A stretch of 64,000 nucleotides of DNA from the human T2T-CHM13v2.0 reference genome, Homo sapiens: the NCBI RefSeq assembly GCF_009914755.1, contig NC_060925.1; one strand, written 5' to 3'. Within the stretch, counting starts at the first letter, position 1. Each line of letters opens with the position of its first letter. Below, in pieces: positions 16,501 to 30,639 of this stretch. The translations under genes and the position numbers were made by a program. Below the pieces are notes generated by a model. That model saw only the letters and a program-made list of their open reading frames with translations, made no database searches and had not been told where the DNA came from.

Positions 16501-17560
16501 CTCTACATTTTAACATAGACATCATAATTTTCTTCACAAATTTTAAGTAAAATTTAGATTCCCATTAGACATAAAATGTTTACTCTTTACAACCTAGGGT
16601 TGATATATTTATATATACTTATATGTAGGTTAAATATATTTATAAATAAATAATAATACACAAGTAACCATCAGGATCTTTAATACTGAAAATTTTTTTT
16701 CTCAAATATTATATTAGCACTTTTAAATAAAAGAGTCTGACAGAAGTAACTGTTTTTACTTTTGGTCACAATAATACTCGAACAAGGATATACCTTCCTC
16801 AGAGGTTGTTATTGTTAAGACTGTTCGGGGCTAAGTATATTGATCCTATACCCCTAACATAAATGGCTATGTCCTAGGTCTTCAACACATAATTGGTACC
16901 TTAGCAGGGGAAGCAAAGGTATGATACCAAGTAACAAAATATTCAATAATTTTGGCAGAATTATTTAAAAAGCAAGATATCAGACTCATACACTACTCAC
17001 TACCACTGAGAAGTTCATTAGTCCTGGAATTATGCAATCTACAGAATAAAGTACTGATTCAGGAGTTAGTGCCACAAAATTTAACACCAAGAAGAACAAA
17101 CAAACAATAAATGCTTACTTGTTATTACTAAAAGCGTACATCAACAACACCCTTCAAATACTTTAAACCTAGAAGAGTTCTGGCTTCTTTGGAATATTGG
17201 AAATCTGGAAATTCTAGCCCCACAATCCCACAAAACTTGGTAGCCAAACCGCAATTTCTCTTGTAGATGATGTGTATGCTTTCCAGTTCATGATAGTCTC
17301 AATCTCCCACTTCATTCACTCACTTTATATTGTGTAACCTCTGTAAACTTTCCAGTTGAAACCAAGTTCTAGAATATGAGGTAACATGGAATAATGAAAA
17401 GGCCAATGCAAGCTTGGGAGCATTTTGCTCATTTTTTTGTTTGTATTTCTCTTACTAAGATACAGAAGTATTACACAGAATTGTTAAAAATCCAAAAGTC
17501 TGAAAGTAAAATTAATTAGATTATGCACAGAGATAAATACTGTTAGCATTTAATGTACTT

Positions 17561-17873
<313 letters not shown>

Positions 17874-17894
17874 TAAGGTGCTTCTAGCTTCTAG

Positions 17895-18228
<334 letters not shown>

Positions 18229-20097
18229 AAAATTTTTAGTTCAAAGAATGTATAAATAAGCCATTGAGCATACCATAAGAGTATGATGGAGAGTGTCAGC
18301 AGAGGGAAAGCAGGTCAATGAATTAATGTAGGAGCTCCAGGTCTCCAAAGCTTGCACATGGATGCAAGGAGCCTGGAAGTTCCAGGTTACCCAGTGAGGC
18401 GACACTGAGGTGATGTGTTAGGTGGTAGCACCCCAGAATGTTTGTAGAAGGTGGGGCTGTTGTATCATAGGCTAAATCTCATTTGCAGTAAGGGAACCAG
18501 TATGATCAATCCCAAGTAGTAAAAGGGTTCTGATTACCTCTCCATGTTCAAAGGGTTAAGTGGTGGATCAAGTATCTCTGCAGTAGAGCCCCAGGAAGAT
18601 CCCATGAACTCTACAGGGATCTTAGAATCTGGTCTTCTCTCAACTGCCATGAGTCCAAAGGAGTGAGATCCTTTCCCAATATATGCCGATACTCCATCAG
18701 AGAAGAAAAGGAGGGATAGAAAGACATCAAACAGCTATTCTCTATTAAAACAAAATAGTTACTTATAGAGTCTCATTAATTTAAGGAGTAAAGTAATATG
18801 TAAAAATTAGGCTAAATTTCATTTTATAAGTTTATGATTTCTCCACTACTGTTGGATATTCTGATCAGATCCATCACAGAGAGGATTTTAAAACTAAAAT
18901 ATACAATGAATTGTCTGTACTATTCTCCCTCATATGCATGTCTGAACAATCCATGTTAGCACACAGTCATAATCATCTCCACATTCTTGAGAACTTCCTT
19001 GAAAATATGACAGCATATATTTGGTGTTTTTTCTTCTCAATCATAAAGATTGGTTAATTGACCCTATAACATGAATGACCACTTCATATAAATTATACTC
19101 CTTTAAAAGAGGCTATTTATAAGACCCTCTCTACATTCCAGTAGGGAATCAACTCAAAAGCCCTTGAATTACAATTATAGGCCCTCAGAAAAACGAACCT
19201 TATTTGGAACCAAAGCTCTATTCTACAGACATCTGGGTCTGCTCTCTGAGGGGAAGCATTAAGCCTACTTATTATTTATATGAAAGATCTATTCCAAAAA
19301 GGAGAAAAAAAAGCAGTTTTCTAAAGTTTAAAACAAGTTCCTGACCTTTAACAACCAAAAGCAGTTTAATATATTCAAGTGTCAAACTAAAAAAATTAAA
19401 CTTTACATTTTTTCACATAACAAAGTATCATGTTGCAGTTTGGGATTATTAATGTTTTATAATATGAATCGTATTTATCAAGCTTTTGGGTATTCTGATG
19501 GAAGATAGGTCAACTTAGGAAAGTAATGCTGTATGTAAGGAATAATCCAAATTGCAGATGCACCTGAGTTCTACGGCTTTATATGACACCACACCTATTT
19601 AATACGATGCAAACTCCATATTACAGCCTAGAGATACATTGTTAGAATAAAAAAAAACAGGGACACAACTTAACTTCATGAAGTGGGTATTCTAGCAAAA
19701 CCAACACATTTTTTAAAAGATACAGAATTTTCTCTGGTGTTAATGGCAGATTATGTAATGTGTACCAACCTTTACGCTGAGAATGGTGAGAAATACTAGA
19801 AAATATGTTTTTTAAAATGTGTTTGAACACATAGGAATGCTGCTATTTGATGAGACCCATGAGCAATGAAGCAAGAGAAGATGGAACACAGATAGTTAAG
19901 CTTAGCATTTGGTACGTGTTTTCCAGGAGGGACATCTGCCATTTCCTGAAGAGGCAAATGAGAGGCTAAGATGCTGAGCAGTGGCGGCGGCAGGCTCCTG
20001 GGGCTGGAGAGAAAAATTGGAATCCAGATCATGCGAAAGAGGGAAATCCTAATTAAACCACCATGCCTTGTTTGGAGACCATAAAAACTTGTATTCT

Positions 20098-20420
20098 TTT
20101 TTTTTTTTTTTTTCCACATTCACAACTGTAGTTCTCTTTAGAAGTAGGATTACTGGGGACTCTCATTTTAAGACATACAATTTAGTAATGTTTGATTTTT
20201 TTTCTTTTTTTATTATTATATTTCAAGTTCTAGGGTACATGTGCACAACGTGCAGGTTTGTTACATAGGTATACATGTGCCATGTTGGTTTGCTGCACCC
20301 ATTAATTCATCATTTACATTACATATTTCTCCTAATGCTATCCCTCCCACCTCTCCCCCCAAGGACAGGCCCAGGGGTGCGGTGTTCCCCACCCTGTGTC
20401 CAGTGTTCTCGTTGTTCAGT
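20098..20420 (-). mobile_element. 5'-truncated L1PA (PA4-7-like) with ~80-bp 3' transduction
   Basis: L1 3' end at 20211-20420. Two T tracts. TSD taaaaacttgtattct at 20082-20097 and 20421-20436. Confidence 0.88.
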
Positions 20421-20439
20421 TAAAAACTTGTATTCTGAA

Positions 20440-20670
20440 ACAGAGGTCAGCGAACAGTTTCCATAAAGAGTCAGAGAGTAAGTATTTTAGCTTTTCCAGG
20501 CCATACTATCTCTGTAGCCACTATTCAGTTATACTTTTGTACCAGAAAAGCAGCCATTGATAACACTTAAATAGATGGATGTCACTGTGTTTTAATAGAA
20601 CCTTCCTTCCAACAACAGCGAGCATGCAACATTTCTCCCACAAGCCCATAGTTTGCTGACCCCTATACTA
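20440..20670. mobile_element. MER58A (hAT-Charlie)
   Basis: cagaggtcagcgaac...agtttgctgacccct termini. Confidence 0.75.
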
Positions 20671-20929
20671 AAGAAAGGGTGAACCAGAAGTATACCAGGC
20701 TTAAAAAATAACAGAGTTGGCCTCAAGTCATATTATTCTTATAATTGAATTAAGTAAGGTAAGAATGGATTTCTAGCATCCATGGATACCTTTAAAATGC
20801 AGACTTAAATCAGGTCAAGGGGAAGATAAACACATCCTAGGGCTCAAATTATCTGCAAAACTTTCACATATCTTGCAGTCAGCCCAAACAAATCAAAGTC
20901 ACATGAGAAGATAAAATAATAAATAAATA

Positions 20930-22500
20930 AATAAATGCAATTCCACATAAATTCCAACTATTTTAAAGAACTTGAGGAACTCAATCTAAATTGTACATGA
21001 AAAGAGTCTCCTGCAGAAATATAGGGTGGAAAGACATTATCTCCTGAATGTTACTTTTAAAAGGCAGTATTTAAAAGAGTGTTGTTTTGATGCAATGTTA
21101 GACAAACAGGCCAATGGAACAGAAGAATAAATCCAGAAACGAATGCAGACATGTGGATACGTGATTTATGGCAGGAGTGACATTGCAGTGTGTGTGAAAA
21201 CCTCAAGGAAATGAATTTCAGATAAATTGTAGCACTAAATATAGACAGAAAGACAAGCAATCTCCTCTACAATAACAGGAGAATATAATGATCTTGGGGA
21301 GACAAATACCTTGTAAAAGATATGGAAAATACTATCCATAGAGGGAGTAATTGGAAAATTAAACCGCTGGGTTGAATCATATGAAACTGCCATCATTTGA
21401 CCATTTTTGAAAAAGAATATGCTGGTTCCCTTACTGCACCAGATGCAATTTTATATTAGTAAGTGTTGTGCATTACAATTAACAACTTATGTTTGTTTAA
21501 AAAACATTAATATAACGAAAAGGCAAGCCACAGCTTAAATAAAACTGAGAAATATCTCATATTCAACATAAAGTTACAAAATCAGTAAGAAAATATTATA
21601 CATCCCAATAAAAAAATTGGACAAGAGACTTGTACAAGCACTTCAAAAAACACATCTACCTGGCCAAATTTTATAATATAAAATAAAATATAAATATAAT
21701 GTAAAATTATATATATTTATAATATAAAATATAATATAAAATAAAATATAATCAAATTAATTAGTCATCAGAGAAAGAAAAATAAAAAATGCAATGAGAT
21801 ATGACTCTATACCCAGAAAAATACTAAAATGTAACATATTGGCAAGGTTCTGGGACAATGGAAATTTCCATATGTATGTTTCCATATATTTCTATATATT
21901 GTAAATGTAAGTCATTATGATCACACTCAAAAATAATTTATCATCATGATTTATCAAATTTGAATAGACATATACTTATGACAAAGCAAATCCACTCTTA
22001 CTTTTACCAAAATAAGTATGTCAAAATATTGACTACGACATGAGTATAAGAACGTCATAGCAGCAAAATTGGTAATCAACAAAAACTGAAAACATTCAAA
22101 AATAAAAGACTGGATAAATAAATTTTTTACTGCAGTGAGAAAGAACCACTCACACAACTGCATAGATGAATTTTACAAATACTATTTTAAGTGGAAAAAT
22201 AAAAAATAAAACACACACACACACAAAAATACCATGAAACAAAATGGTATGATCGAAAAAGTTTAAAACACTCATTCCTAAATTATGGTATGAAAAGAAA
22301 AGAAACAAAAGTAACTTTAAAAATCAATGGAAAGGATAACTGTAGAGAAAGGCATGTAGGGTGGACGTTTCTGCCATGTGCGTAATGTTCTCTTTTTTAA
22401 TGATTATGGCTCCATGAGTGTTTGCTTTTGATAATCTTTTGGGCTTTACATTTATGTTTTGTGTCCTTTTTGTATGTGTGCTAGAGTGCAATAAAAGTTT
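20930..22500 (+). mobile_element. Old L1M ORF2 3' region and 3' UTR fragments
   Basis: ccaatggaacagaagaataaatccagaa and ttagtcatcagagaaa motifs; internal AT-rich low-complexity tract at 21665-21750. Confidence 0.7.
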
Positions 22501-22589
22501 AAAGTTTTATTATATACATGATTAAATGATTTAGTAACTGCAACTGTTATTCTATGTGGTTCTATGAAGTTCTATGACAAGTACAAAAA

Positions 22590-23450
22590 AGGGTTAGAGG
22601 GAAATTTTCTTAGTCTGAAGGTCAGAGAAGGTTTATCCTGTTAATCTTTAAAGATTAACAGCAGTGATCGCAGCCATTTGAGAAGTTGAGTAGAATTAGA
22701 GGGCAGGAGGATGAATTGGACTTGTGATAAAAAGAACCACGGCAAGCCTATCATAGTTAAGGCAAAGGAGCTGAGGCAGAGTCAATGAATGAAAGCAGCT
22801 TGCCACCTAGTTTTGGGTAGGGTCAGGGGCAGGATCATGCAAAGTATTGTAGACCATGGAAAAGTTATTTTTAAAACTCATATTCTGAATTTGAAATCAA
22901 TGAAAGATTTACACAGGAAGGCATAAGATTTGCATTTTTTAAAGATGATTGGCTGCTGTGTGTGGATCAATTACAGTAAGGTAATAGCATAGCTGCAAAG
23001 ACTATTACAGCCTCTCTTGGCCAACCAAGTGAGAGTGATCCTCACTTTTGCTGCTGTGATGGCTGTGAGCTTGGTGAATATTAACATCCTTAAAGTTAAG
23101 ATATCTGTTGAAAGTTAAGGGGCATCCTAGTTGAGTTGGCAGTTTTTAATTTTGATCTCTTCTCATGGTACTGACAATGATTGTGTTTCTTTCAAATGAT
23201 GACATCTAGACTCAATGAAGATGACATTCCAGAGGCTGTTTGGTAGTACTTCATATTAGAGTGGATCTAAAAGGTAAGGATCAGTCAGTTATCACAGACT
23301 CATCCCAGACTTCGGTGACTAGATCATCAGGGTGGCATCTACTAAGGTGGGAAAGTTGAAAAGAAGAGACTAAGCTGGAAGTTAGTTGGGAATCGCAAGG
23401 TTAGTTTGGGACACATGCTTGAAATGGCAGTGCCTCTCAAGGCAATGATC
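22590..23450. mobile_element. L2 fragments
   Basis: ggcaggatcatgcaaagtattgtagaccatgg and gatttgcatttttt motifs. Confidence 0.55.
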
Positions 23451-23665
23451 CTGTAGAATCTATTGATATCCGACATACCTCAATAGAATGATCCAGCTTA
23501 CTATTAGAAAAAATAAAATCTTTGTGTGATATTGGAGGTCGATTTGAGGCAATGATCTATTTAGGTATTTGATGTTTTGTTCAGGAACCATTGTTACTGT
23601 GAATATTTAAATATATATATATATTTATAAGTCAATATTTCAGTACACATTACCATAGTAATGGT

Positions 23666-24588
23666 CATTTTTATATTGTCTAAGAGTGTCCTAATTTCCT
23701 TCACAGATCAACTTTTTACACAATTTGTCAATTAAGAGTCCCCAATTATTTAATTTCTCTTTTTAATCATTCAGTAAATTTGTATCGTTTTCCTTATAGT
23801 GTCCTACTCCCATTCTACACGGTCACCCCATGTGCTCTAAAGTTTCATTGACAAGAATTGAAACTCTATTATTTTGTCTTTGCCATATGGCAGAGAATTT
23901 ATTTTATTATTCATAATTTTCTAAAGTATAGTACTCTAAATGATAGACTTAATCCTGTTTCAAACTTTCTGATCAAATGTACAGTCAAGTTTTGTCAACA
24001 ACACAATAGGTTGATAATTCCAAATTTGTAATTGATATGGTTTGGCTGTGTCCCCACCCAAATCTCATCTCGAATTATAATATCCATGTGTTGAGGGAGA
24101 GACCTGTAATCCCATATGTTGAAAGAAGGAGGTGATTGGATCATGGGGGCAGTTTTCCCCATGCTGTTCTGGTGATAGTGAGTTAGTTCTCACAAGATAT
24201 CAGGGGTTCATAAATGTCTGGCATTTCCCCTGCTTACTCCTCTCTCTCCCATTGCCTTGTGAAAAAGGTGCTTGCTTCCCCTTCCACCATGATTGTAAGT
24301 TTACTGAGGCCTCCCCAACCATGTGGAACTGAGTCAATTAAGCCTCTTTCCTTTATAAATTACCCTGGCTCAGGTATATCTTTATAGCAATGTGAGAATG
24401 GACTAATACAGTAACATATACACAGTACATACACAATAATTTCTTACATTTTTATATTGTCTAACATTGTCCTAATTTTCTTCACACATCAACTTTTTAC
24501 ATAATTTGTCAATTAAGATTCTGCAATTATTTAATTTCTCTTTTTAATCATTCAGTAAATTTGTATAGTTTTCTTTATAGTGTCCTAC
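23666..24588 (+). repeat. 142-bp dispersed direct repeat (23666-23807 and 24447-24588)
   Basis: Gap-free alignment with about 10 mismatches by manual count. Confidence 0.9.
24033..24410 (+). mobile_element. THE1D-like solo LTR (MaLR)
   Basis: tgatatggtttggctgtgtccccacccaaatctcatc ... ggactaataca. TSD gtaat/gtaac. Confidence 0.9.
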
Positions 24589-24625
24589 ACATTTCTTATT
24601 AATTATTTTTCTATGAAATTTAAAG

Positions 24626-24843
24626 CAAGCTTGTCCAACCCACAGCCACATGTGTCCCAGGATGGTTTTGAATGAGGCCCAACACAAATTCATAAACTTT
24701 CTTAAAACATTATGAGATTATTTGAGTTTTTTTTTTTCAATCTTATCAACTATCATTAGTGTTAGTGCTATTTTATGTGTGGCCCAAGACAATTCTTCTT
24801 CTTCCAGTGTGGCCCAGTGAAGCTGAAAGATAGGATGCCCCTG
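24626..24843. mobile_element. MER30 (hAT-Charlie)
   Basis: caagcttgtccaaccc ... gatgcccctg with a perfect 8-bp TSD atttaaag. Confidence 0.9.
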
Positions 24844-25210
24844 ATTTAAAGTTTTTCTTGTTGTCATCAAGTTTATTTTCATTTTTGTATTTAACTCATT
24901 ATATTTATATTAATGTAGTTTATTGGATATGAATTAAATAACAAATTGCTGAAATTCAGTAATAAGATTTCGATAGCCTTATACAAAGGATGTAAACGAG
25001 TCTACATGATTTTCTTTATTATAGGATGGTTCACAAAACCTGTTTCTGTTCTTTGAAATTGTGATAAATTTACTGTAAAATGCCTGCTTTGGATTTGGGG
25101 GTTACTTATAAAAGGTGATTCCTTAAAAACTTCCTGAATTTGTTTCTCATTCTGAGGAGATTTGTAATAACTTCTTAAATAAGGTTCAATGATATATGTC
25201 TTTCTCTAAA

Positions 25211-25395
25211 CCAGTAGTTCCCATAGTCTACAGTCTGTACTTGAGCTGGAGCCATAATAATCACCTGGAAAACTGGTAAAAAGTACAAGTTATCAGAAGA
25301 TTCTGACTTGTACATTTTGGGTGAATACCAGTGGGCACTACGCGTTTAATAAACTTACATCCTGATACTGATAATACACATAGGCAGCCAGGTTT
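25211..25395. mobile_element. MER5A-like hAT relic
   Basis: cagtagttccca...aatcacctggaaaact...gtttggtaatcattg. Confidence 0.55.
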
Positions 25396-26741
25396 GGTAA
25401 TCATTGTCTGAATCATTAACCATTTCACTTGTACTATACACATATTAGAATAGCTTTTTCTTAGAATTGTACTAACTGTACATGCCACTCTGTAGCTGGT
25501 GTTTTACCAGTGAGCCCCTGCAGTTCCATTTAATTCTCTGGTGTTAGATAATTTTCTTCATTATATACTTTTTTGTGAGTTTGGATATGCATTTAAATGT
25601 TGGTTATTATATTTTATCCAGAATTTCATGATCTTTTAGAGTGGGAATGTTTTCATGTTATCTGTTCTGTAAACATAATTACTATGTTATACCCAGGATT
25701 TTGTGGAGTTGCACACAGGAGTGGTTTAGTATATTATTAGTTGGTTAATGATTGCAGTTTACATTGCTGCCTAGTAAAACATTTCTTTTCATTACAACTA
25801 GTTTTTTTATGTCTAGTATTTTATGTCTAGGGTTCCATATTATATGGACTAATAACATGGGGAAGATTCAGCCTTTCTTCAAACTCATTTTCATTCCTTT
25901 TACTATATAGGGTTTTATCAAAAGAAGGAACATATTTTCAGGACTTTTATTGGCAAAAGGTGACATAGAAATTGTAAATAATCCCTTAGATAAAAAGTAA
26001 AAAGCATGTGTTATCAACTCATCTGCCAATAGTAGATTCTGACCAACAGTTAGTTGATTGGTTGCCTGATCTCATCAGAAAAAAAGAAGCTTCATGAAAT
26101 GTATCTTTGATCAGGTGTTTGGAAAGAAAAAAAAAGAGCATTTATCTATTGCCTCCTGTCCCCTTGTTCAAAAATTGCCTCGTGTGTTTTTTAAACACCC
26201 CCACCCCAACAACACACACACAAATTGTCCATATGATTACAGTGTGAGTGGGTTCCTCACATCCCTGTTCGCATATCCAAAACATGAGACAAGAGAGGTG
26301 CCTAGCATAAGAGATTTTAAAACAGCAGAAATGAAATGCTATACTGCAATGCTGTATATTTTCTTGGTATGGGACTGTAGAACAGACAACTATATTAATT
26401 TTCTCTTTGTAGCCTGCATTCATATTTTGTATTAGCAGCGCTGTCATTTTTGGATGCATATATTACATCGTTTTTAGACCTTTCTCATAATTTATAAGTA
26501 AACAGTTCCTGCCATCCTCCTAAAAAAAAGACCTCATTTGATTCTTGAGTCAGTGACCAGAATTGTAAGGCATAGCTACTGTAACAGAAATTAAACTATA
26601 TATCTTTACACGTGAGTCAATCTTATCTATACATTTATGTATTTGAGAAAGCATTAAATAGCATATATAGAGAATATATAAGAACGTGTTTGTATATATT
26701 TGAAAAATGTGTTGTGTGGAATGATTCAAAAGAAGCTGCTG

Positions 26742-27050
26742 GGCTGGGCCTGGTGGTTCAGGCCTGTAATCCCAGCACTTTGGGAGGCCGAGACAGGCGA
26801 ATTACGAGGGCAAGAGATTGAGACCATCCTGGCCAACAGGGTGAAACCCCATCTCTACTAAAAATACAAAAAAAATAGCCGGGTGTGGTGGCAGGTGCCT
26901 ATAGTCCCAGCTACTCAGGAGACTGAGGCAGGAGAATCACTTCAACCTGGGAGGCGAAGGTTGCAGTGAACCAAGATCGCGCCACTGCACTACAGCCTGG
27001 GCGACAGAGCGAGACTCCATCTCAAAAAACAAACAAACAAACAAACAAAA
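26742..27050 (+). mobile_element. AluSc-like
   Basis: Forward Alu dimer with gagattgagaccatcctggccaac and an (aaac)n tail. Confidence 0.93.
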
Positions 27051-27335
27051 AATTGCTAATATGGATAGTTACCTTAAGACAGGCATATTGGTGAATTGTG
27101 GGGTAAGATTTGTATGTACATGTAAATCTTATATTTTATATGTTACATATGATTTTGACTTATTGAAACAGGTTGCATTAGCTTCTAATTGCAAATAAAT
27201 AATATTAAAAATGTTTATAGGGAAAAGAAGAAGTGGAAATTAACCAGAATTCTAAATATATTGCACCATTTTGGTTTTTTATACTTTTGTTTTGTTTGAG
27301 ATGAGACCATGTTCCCAGATTCTGAGGAGCTCTTA

Positions 27336-27740
<405 letters not shown>

Positions 27741-29439
27741 TCACATTGAAAATAAATATAATCTTTTCATCATTTTTACACATATGCTTTCTATTTACAA
27801 TGTGTCCTTTTCAAAGTAAAAATTACAAACTTTATCCTGCATTAATCAGTATTAACTGAGGTAATAGTATAGGTCAGATGCTCCCACGATGCATTTTGAG
27901 GAGATATGAGAAAATAAAACAGGCAGCATGCCTTAAAGGAGAACTAGGAAGATTCCTGATCCATCTGCAATCACTGCAAAAAAAAAATGCTGTGATGGGA
28001 AATAATGTCTACCCTTTGTGAATATTTGAAAAAACTTTTTAATTGTCTTAAAATGAACGTGTTATATACATGCACATATAACACACACATAACCCTAAAT
28101 ATATACACACATATAACATATATATACACAAATATCTAAACATTTATATACATGTGAGTGCATATAGAGATATATAATGGTATAGAAATAGGTATATAAA
28201 GTGATCTCGCCTAAAAGCCATAGTTGTATTTTTTCTACCAGGATCCCTGCCATTCTTTATTCGGAATTTGATTTTAACTAGAAGAGTTTATTTTTATTTT
28301 GGAAGTCAACAAAGAAACTCTAGAATAGTAGGCATTAGAAAGCCAACTTCAGGAAAACCGATCCAAACTGCCTGACATGTGGGAGTTTTCCTTATTAATC
28401 CTGTCATCCTCAGGTTCTTCTAAGACCTTGCTCTACCTCCTTTAACCAATAGTTTTAAGTTAGAAAGTCTGATTTTACCAAGTCAGTCGAACTACATCAA
28501 ATTAATTTACTTCAGTTGCTGGTATATTTAGTGGTCTATGTTAGGATGACTAAGTGTTACATATGGTCATGTAAATACTCTGATTTAGAATACAACATCA
28601 TAGAAAAGCATTTCAGAAAACAAAATTCAAAACATTACATAAATAACGCACTTTCCTTAAAGAGTAGACTGTGACTTCATCTTAGAAGTTAGCAAAGTAC
28701 TCCCTGAGATAGCCACAGCTGTCATGCAGTTGATGACTTGAAACTCTTCAAGGTTTCTAGCTTTTGTGTGTGTGTATCCTCATGACAGTTTTAATATAAT
28801 TATCTTTAGCTCTCTTGACTGTTGGATTGATTCCCGTGTCAGCTGACCCCCGCACCTTTCAAGAACACAAGCTTCAGAAAGTTCTGCAAATTGCATTTAG
28901 GTCAAAGTCTGGGATTTAACTGTGGAAAGTATTTGCATTCCGTTTGAGCTAGAGCTTATGGGAAAGTTATACTGAAGAGTTTATCAGAGCAGTAACCCAT
29001 GTTTGAGCTTTATAAGTTCCAGGTTTTAGCTTCTGGTCATGACAAACTTTTCCCCACAAGGTTTATATTTAAAGTGACGAATTTTAAATGAATTAAAGCA
29101 AAACATTATATAAAGACCAATGCGATTTTTAAATTTGACTAGTGATAACTGTTCTATTTCACAGTTATTATCTTTATTTTTTACTAGGTCAAAATTCTTA
29201 GATGCAACAGGTTTATTTCAATTAGTCAAAGCACGGGGTTAATGAAGCCAGGTTAAAGTTCTTATAAGGTCCAGTTACTTTTCCATTTTTCTGTATTCTC
29301 CAATCTACCTACAGAAAAGAGAATTTTTAGTTTTCAGAAACAGAGTGTTTTGTATTTGCTTAAATATATTCTCTTCCCACTTTTAAGAAGCATAATTTCC
29401 CATAACTTATGAAAGCTAAAAGCATCACCTTTATTGAGA

Positions 29440-29640
29440 AGCAGAAAACTGTTGTAGAAAGAGTCGTTATTTTAGAGTCTAAAGACATTTGTTTGAGCAT
29501 TAATCTCATCTTTAAACTAGCTGAATTAACTAGGGTAAACAGAAATGTGAGCCTAACCTTTAGTCATTGGAAAAATGGGGATGATAAAATTATGAAGGTC
29601 ATAGTAGCTTTTTCAAGATTAAATCAAATGACATAATGTA
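29440..29640 (+). mobile_element. MIR
   Basis: Degenerate core aaaatggggatgataa...gattaaatcaaatgac. Confidence 0.55.
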
Positions 29641-30193
29641 TGTAAGATTAATTTTGTTTGTACTTCTTCATAAAAAACTTTATAAGTTTACCTTTATTAA
29701 AGCATAAGAGTACTTTATAAGATGATTTCATATGACACAATTTTTATCTGAGGCATAGTGTCAATGTAGCCACCCAGAGATGGGTGGATTCTGCCATTCT
29801 GGTAAAATGTTCTGTGTAGGTGAATGAATTATCCTAGATATAATTATAATAAGTTATTCTTTTCTATGAGCTAAATATAGATTCTGCAGGTTAATTGAAA
29901 TTTTGATAGATTCATGGGAGAAAAGGATAATGTGGTTTTTAAAGCTGTGATTCACTTATATATCTGTATTTGGTTGGGTATTGTTGCATTATCAGCACAC
30001 ATTATAATGAAAGATCATCATTTTCCATTTTTTAAGAATACTTCATTGATTTTATCTAATAGTTATAGCACATGTATTTATTCAGGTGATTGTTATCCCC
30101 CAAACAACTGAGAAAGCACTTACGAAAATATTTAAAGTGCAATTAAGGAGAGAAATACAAATCAAAGTTTTCTCTATGGAAAAAATCTACATA

Positions 30194-30594
30194 GGCAGGT
30201 ACAATGGCTCATGCCTGTAATCCCAGCACATTGGGAGGTTGAGGCAGGTGGATCACGTGAGCTCAGGAGTTGGGAGACCAGCCTGGACGTCCATAATGAA
30301 ACCTCATCTCTACAAAAAAATACAAAAATTAGCTGGCGTGGTGGCACACACCTGTAGTCCCACTACTCGGGAGGCTGGGAGGATTGCTTGAGTCCGGGAG
30401 GTCAAGGCTGCAGGGAACAGTGTTTGTGATTTTTTTAGACAGGGTCTCATTTTGTTGCCCAGGTTGGAGTTGGATACCAGCCTGGGCAACAAAATGAGAC
30501 CCTTCTCAAAAAAACACAAACACTGTATCCCAGCCTGGGCAACAAAGTGAGACCATGTCTCAGAAAAAAAAAAAAAAAAAAAAAGGAAAAAGAA
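30194..30594 (+). mobile_element. AluJ with internal inverted duplication
   Basis: Alu dimer whose right arm contains a fold-back at 30413-30531. Confidence 0.9.
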
Positions 30595-30639
30595 AAATTA
30601 CGTGGAAGTCTTGTGGTTCCTATTTTGCAATACTTTTTT

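Noticed and set aside
26094-26459. Overlapping sense and antisense ORFs of 113 and 105 aa
   Set aside because: No recognisable domain, low-complexity composition and no convincing splice signals.
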